Origin: Eledone cirrhosa
Taxonomy: Eukaryota
Direction: 5' to 3'
Assembly (NCBI GenBank): GCA_964016885.1
Contig: OZ024742.1
Span: 215,946,001-216,010,000 of the forward strand
DNA length: 64,000 nucleotides
The position numbers and the translations under genes are program-made. Below the pieces are notes generated by a model, which made no database searches, was not told the DNA's origin, and saw only the letters and a program-made list of their open reading frames with translations. Within the stretch, counting starts at the first letter, position 1. Every line of letters begins with the position of its first letter. Shown here piece after piece: positions 58,301-64,000 of this stretch.

Positions 58301-58344
58301 GATCATAAATCTTTCGTTGCACATCTGCAACATCGTCAGTGGTG
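58301..58344 (-). ncRNA. Hammerhead ribozyme in PLE pLTR
   Basis: CACCA-CTGACGA-T-GTTGCA-gatg-TGCAAC-GAAAG-AT-TTA-TGATC. Confidence 0.7.
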
Positions 58345-58586
58345 TTATATGATCCTCCTGTTGTATTGTATGTCTACGCCATTTTTATTCAGTCTGTCTA
58401 TATATTTATTTATTTATTTGCTTGTTTGTTTATTTTATTTTGTCTTCTTTGCGCATGCGTTTGCGTGTGTGTATAGTGTTTTGTTTGCTGTGTGATGGGT
58501 GACTAGTGTGTGTTTATGTGCTTGTTGTTATTGTGCTTGTGTATGTATTTATTTATTTATTTATTTATTTTATTTTATTTACTTAT

Positions 58587-60885
58587 TTATACTTCTCTTA
58601 GGTCAGTGTTGCTTGTTTGGGTGTTGTTGTTATTCCATTCATTCTTTCTGTTTAGCCTTGGTCTTCTAATTTCTATTTCACTGGCCTCTCTGATTTGCCT
58701 ATCTGCTGGGTCATTTCTATGTTTAGATATTATTCTAATTTCTATGTTGTCTATGTTACCGTCATGTTGTTGTCTAGCATGTTCGTATAGTACTGACCCG
58801 TTTTTTCTTCCTTTTAGTTCCCCCCAGTGTTGGTCTATCCTTTCACCTATGCTACGAGCTGCCTCACCTATGTATGTTGTTGTCATGTTTCTGCCGGTAC
58901 CCTCTGTATATCTTATGCTATAGACTACGTTTCTAGTTTTACAGTTTATCCGGGGGTTCACCTTACATATGATACATTTCCTATTGGTACAGTGGGTTTT
59001 CTTAAAAGGGTAGGTTTTGCTGATCAGGGATTTTATGGTGGTTCCTGGCTTTTCTACCACCTTTATTTTTAAGTGGGTCTTTCTCAGGGTCTTTCTACAC
59101 TGGTTAGCTAATTTCCCTCCAGGGTTAGCGTGCACAAACATGACACTCTGGTATCTCTGGTTGTCGTACCATGAGGTGGCTTTCCCGATCTTATGTCTAG
59201 CCCTATCTAAACTATTCCATGATTTGCTCCTGTATAATGGGCAACTTCCTTTCATATCCAGTTCTATGAGGGTGTTATACTTCTCCATGGCTCCTTCGTA
59301 TACTCTGACTCTGTCTCTTTGGTTGTAGCCAGAGAACTGCATGCGATTGATGAAGTGTTGGATGTGTCTTTCCATTTCTGTTGGGTCGCACATGCGGGAC
59401 ACATTCTTCATCACCCGTACCAAATCTGCGATCAGAATATTAAACTTAGCACGCCTGGACATTGCTGAGTTTTTGAGTATCAGGTATTTGGAGGCCATGG
59501 GTTTGGCATAGTGTAAGTGGAGAATTTGGGCTCTTTCGTATATAGTGTTAATCCAGAGTTCTGTGTCTACTGTTAGGGTGTTTGGAAGGGAAGTCGATAG
59601 TTACAGTTATACTCTGGTGTATGAAATTAGCTATCTGCTGGATGCTTTCCATCGTGCTACGTTCTAATTCAAACTTGATAGTGCTAGTGAGGGTGTTCTT
59701 ATAACTATATTGATATCGTCTACATAACGAGAGTACATGATGAGGTCCATGGAGCTCTCATTAAAGAGATCTTTAAGTCTCCTTTCCCACCATACCATGA
59801 AAAGAACGGCAACATCACCAGCTATGCTGACGCCGATGGCTGCTCCCTCATTTTGGGTGTAGATCTTCTCGTTGAACTTAAATATGTGGCCCTTTAGGGT
59901 TGTTTTGATACTAGCCTCTATTGCATGTGCGACCATTTTTCTTACCTGATCATTGTTTTGGGGGGTCCGTATAGCTTTGGTCCACCCAAGCCACCTTCCC
60001 ACGGGAGTCTATTTTGCCATAGAGGTTATGGTGGGGAGTATACCTCTTATAGGTCTACTAGGGCAGAAACATCTAAGGTCATGGCTGTCTAGGTAGTCAG
60101 TGTCGTAAGTAAGTCTAAGTAGGAGGCCCAGTTCGTCTGTGTCGACGTCGCAGAACTCCACCTCACTCTCAATGATCATCTCCACACATCTATTCACAGC
60201 AAAATCAATGTTAATGGATCGGTACAGTGACAACACATCCATGCTGCCTATTATGCAGTTGGATAGGTTCCTGTTTTTGTTGCACTCATGTTTCTGCTGA
60301 GGAGGTCGTCTGTACTGTCACATACACCTGGGGACATCTTGATTATGGGGCGTATAAACATTGAGAGGAAGTAGGAGTTCCTGTAGTGGCTAGCTATATT
60401 AGCTCCGCATACGGGTCTTGTTGGTAGTCCTGTTGTCGGGTCGTCGACTGCCTTGTGGTATTTGCGGAGCCCATACAAGGGCGGTATGCCATTGTTAGAC
60501 GCCTGGAAGTTGTTGGCAGTGCGTCTGCTTGGCCTTAGGATGTCAGTCCACATCATCATGTGAGCGTTGAGGATTTTCTCTCTCCCATCGTGTGTTTGTT
60601 GTGCAATTTCGCTCGTGTTGGTGATGTGGGGTTGCATAGCCTTGATGTAGTTCGGCATGCTATCTATTGACATCCTACCAGACTTATGCGTGGGTAGACA
60701 TACTACCTCACCATCCATTGTGCGCTGCTTGAGGCTAACCAAGCCTTCTACAGGTTTCCTCCCAAGTTGTTGGGCCTCTGGTCTGCTCTGTCTCTTAGTA
60801 TACCTGTCTACTATTTGTCTAATCTTATTTCTAGCTATGGTGAACTGTGTCTCTGTCTCGACATCTATTTGTTGTGTATCCGTTT
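58587..60885 (-). pseudogene. PLE reverse transcriptase-GIY-YIG endonuclease polyprotein, frameshifted
   Basis: LPTHKSG, PPLYGLRK, RPVCGA, MDVLSLY, QNEGAAIG, YSRYVDD; C-terminal CxxxxCxxC..C..NVVY..YIGE..R..H..RQIREA..LNRKNEW. Confidence 0.9.
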
Positions 60886-60933
60886 AATATATATATATAT
60901 GAATGTATAAATATATATATATGAATGTATATA

Positions 60934-61428
60934 TAGTGTATTTTGCAATACACTGTATGCTTAATTAAAAGCATTTTGAAGCCCTTACGTTATTGTTTTA
61001 AAGTAGTGACAATGTCATTACATCTATTTTCAATAAACAAGGGGAGATAAGCTGACAGAGCTCTGTATTTGTTGGTATGTGTTGGTACTTATCAAAGCTC
61101 AGCACTCCTCCTCTTTGCTGAAAATTATGAATTTTGGATTCTTATAAAATTCCAGTAATAATAAGCAACCGGCAACCTCTCTGTATTATCAGTTCCTGAT
61201 TATTACTGGAATTCTATAAGAATCCAACATTCATAATTTTCAGCAAACAGGAGGAGTGTTGAGCTTTGATAAGTACCAACAAATACCAACAAATACAGAG
61301 CTCTGTCAGCTCATCTCCCCTTGTTTGTTGAAAATAGATGTAAGTGACATTGTCACTACTTTAAAACAATAGAGTAAGGTCTTCAAAATGCTTTTAATTA
61401 AGCATACAGTGTATTGCAAAATACACCA
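60934..61428. mobile_element. About 495-bp foldback (about 230-bp arms), no ribozyme seen
   Basis: GTGTATTTTGCAATACACTGTATGCTTAATTAAAAGC... is inverted at the right end; short loop at about 61166-61197. Confidence 0.85.
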
Positions 61429-61478
61429 TATGTACATTCATATATATATCGCTATTTCAGAGCACCAATTCTAATATG

Positions 61479-61534
<56 letters not shown>

Positions 61535-61537
<3 letters not shown>

Positions 61538-62377
61538 GTAAAGGTGTACAGGGCATGTGTGCTCTCTTGTCTTCTTTATGCCTGCGAGACCTGGGTCACA
61601 TATCGACACCACCTTAAGCAATTAGAGCGTTTCCATCAGATGTGTCTCAGACGGATCCATGGCGTTCACTGGAGGGACCACATCAGTGATGTCATGATTT
61701 TAGAAAGCTCTATGTGTGACAGTATAGAAGCTCTTGTGCTTAAGCAACGACTCCGTTGGAGTGGTCACCTTGCCAGTATGAAGGATTCTAGAATACCAAA
61801 ACAACTAGTTTATGGAGAGTTGGTTAAAGGAAAACGACCGCCACATAAACCAAAAAAGAGGTATAAGGATTCCTTGAAAGCCCCTCTGCAAGACGCTAAC
61901 ATCTCTGCTGATACATAGGAGAATATTGCTGCTGATCGTAATAAATGGATAAAGACTGTATATGAGGGAAAAGATGCTTTTGAGGCATCTCGAATCGCAT
62001 ACGAGAAAGTAAAGCGGGATGTGAGGAAGGGCATTGCTGTTGCACTTCCAGACGGCGAGGGTCCTCCTATGGTGCTGACATGCAGCGTATGTGCGAGACT
62101 CTGCCTAAGCACAGCTGGACTCGAAAGTCATCTTCGCAGTCATAAAGTAAGACCAGAGGTTGACTACCAGGCTGCTGTTGGAGATGCTACTCATCATGCT
62201 TGCCAAACATGTGGTAGAGAATGTAAATCAGCAGGAGGGCTCAAGCGACATGAAAAAGTACACGAACTGCAACCACAGCCGACTATTCCCAGTAAATGTT
62301 TTGGATGCCGACTCTGTGCAAGACATTTTAGATCATTGGCTGGGCTAAAAAGCCACATTCGATCGCAGCACTGTTAG
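61535..62377 (+). pseudogene. RTE LINE 3' region with three C2H2 zinc fingers; one in-frame TAG at 61916
   Basis: KVYRACVLSCLLYACETW..LERFHQMCLRRI..RLRWSGHL..RIPKQLVYGEL..G.RP...PKKRYKD, then CSVC..HLRSH, CQTC..HEKVH and CRLC..HIRSQH. Confidence 0.88.
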
Positions 62378-62630
62378 TTGCTATCGTGTGTGTGTAGATA
62401 TGCTTATGTGTGTGCGTGAGTGTGTATATATATATGTATATGTATATTATTATTGTTGTTGTCGTTATTATTATTGTTGTTATTATTATGATTATTATAA
62501 TTGTTATTAATGTATGTGTGTGTATATGTGTGTGTGAGTATGTGTGTGTGTATATATGTATGTATATGTATATATATATATATATTTCTTTTTTTTAATT
62601 TTATTTTTATTATTATTATTTTTTTTTTTT

Positions 62631-62677
62631 CCTCGTGCAATGGCCATACTCGATAACGAGGGGGCAGCCATCATCAT
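62631..62677 (+). mobile_element. RTE 3' terminal motif before (TATG)n
   Basis: GGCCATACTCGATAACGAGGGGGCAGCCATCA resembles GGCCGTACTCAAAAACGAGTTGGCAGCCACCA of the 410-bp elements. Confidence 0.7.
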
Positions 62678-62702
62678 GTATGTATGTATGTATCTATGTA
62701 TG

Positions 62703-62758
<56 letters not shown>

Positions 62759-62761
<3 letters not shown>

Positions 62762-62949
62762 CGAAGGAAATATGGTAAGGAAACAGGTGGACCATAACGC
62801 ACCAAAGTACTCAATACTTGAGGTAGTAGAGTGGGTAATAGGAACCAGTAAGACCCATACAGCTGAGCTCAAGCCGTTTCGACGGCTAATTCTGGACTGA
62901 ATTAGCCGTCGAGACGGCTTGAGCTCAGCTGTCGGAGGTCTTACTGGTT

Positions 62950-62951
<2 letters not shown>
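62759..62951. mobile_element. Family A foldback element
   Basis: Long left arm; apex near 62895. Confidence 0.85.
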
Positions 62952-62999
<48 letters not shown>

Positions 63000-63330
63000 T
63001 ATATATACAATATATTAATAAATGGAAACTATAATTATAAAACCATAATTATTTAATTATATATATTTCAAGAGCAACCAAGGCAGGCTTGGTGCGCCTT
63101 CATCAGATATAATACACAATACGTCCAGAATTAGCCGTCGAAACGGCTTGAGCTCAGCTGTCGGGGTCTTACTGGTTCCTATATATATATATATATATAT
63201 ATATAAATATATATATACAATATATTAATAAATGGAAACTATAATTATAAAACCATAATTATTTAATTATATATATTTCAAGGGCAACCAAGGCAGGCTT
63301 GGTGCGCCTTCATCAGATATAATACACAAT
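62899..63330. repeat. About 210-bp tandem duplication (family A arm, TA tract, family B arm)
   Basis: 62899-63120 is nearly identical to 63128-63330. Confidence 0.8.
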
Positions 63331-63631
63331 TTGTTTTGTAAATAGTGACATAACCGTGGAAAACAAGCCTGACGGTTAAAAATTCAACCGTAAAGGTTGT
63401 TTTCCACGGTTATCTCACTATTTATAAAACAAATTTTATATATTATCTGATGAAAGCGCACCAAACCTGCCTTGGTTGCCCTTGAAATATATATAATGAA
63501 AAAATTATGGTTTTATAAATATAGTTTCCATTTATTAATATATTGAATACTTACTCCACATTTGTTGAGTGCTCTATATCAGTTATAAACATTTAAGTTT
63601 GTTGAAATCCCAACAAATTAAATATAACTTC

Positions 63632-63635
<4 letters not shown>
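63217..63635. mobile_element. Family B foldback with hammerhead cores in both arms (63265-63323 minus, 63441-63498 plus)
   Basis: Plus arm reads CTGATGA-AAGCGCACCAAAcctgcCTTGGTTGCCCTT-GAAATATATA; tail has GAGTGCTC at 63567. Confidence 0.85.
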
Positions 63636-63682
<47 letters not shown>

Positions 63683-63688
<6 letters not shown>

Positions 63689-64000
63689 TGGTAAACGGAA
63701 TAGAAAATGCTGACAAATTGTTCACAGTTGAAAAATGGTTTAATTAGGAATAAAAGAGTATTAGTGATTGTATGGGTTAGTATTCAGTTGTGGTTTTAAG
63801 TTTTTAAGTTTTTACCGGTTGCGCATTTCTAAATCAAACAGCACGGACACTCTATCTCAAAATTATTTTTGAAAAGCATTTAGAAATGCGCAACCGGTAA
63901 AAACTTAAAAACTTAAAACCACAACTGAATACTAACCCATAAAATCACTAATACTCTTTTATTCCTAATTAAACCATTTTTCAACTGTGAACAATTTGTC
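63683..64000. mobile_element. Foldback element running off the window end
   Basis: Arms 63712-63835 and 63878-64000; right arm starts at GAAATGCGCAAC. Confidence 0.8.

Larger units (their letters stand above)
58094..60885 (-). mobile_element. Penelope-like retrotransposon, 5'-truncated, inserted in (TA)n
   Basis: RT plus GIY-YIG ORF remnants, 3' pLTR with hammerhead, TA tracts on both sides. Confidence 0.92.

Noticed and set aside
58345-58586. SECIS/selenocysteine recoding as in some Naiad PLEs
   Set aside because: No SECIS-like hairpin seen and no UGA at Cys positions noticed; ORF breaks look like ordinary frameshifts.

Overview
AT-rich, repeat-saturated animal genomic DNA with no recognisable host gene. 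The microsatellite density and the tRNA-derived SINE suggest a cephalopod such as Octopus (inference). Almost all ORFs in the supplied track are microsatellite artefacts. The real coding remnants are retroelements: a frameshifted Penelope-like element (PLE; RT plus GIY-YIG) at about 58.1-60.9 kb, two PLE 3' fragments (39.8-41.8 kb and 51.9-52.8 kb), RTE LINE fragments (one with three C2H2 fingers) and a CR1/L2-like fragment. The main signal is a dense population of short foldback (inverted-repeat) elements from many unrelated sequence families, nearly all inserted in (TA)n tracts. Many carry type I hammerhead ribozyme cores (CUGANGA...GAAA, with a short palindromic stem III), have asymmetric arms, and share a GAGTRCTC-like motif in the 3' tail. 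Two families are physically linked to PLE ORFs, so they look like PLE pseudo-LTR-derived, ribozyme-bearing hairpin retroelements. All alignments and folds were done by eye, and boundaries are approximate.
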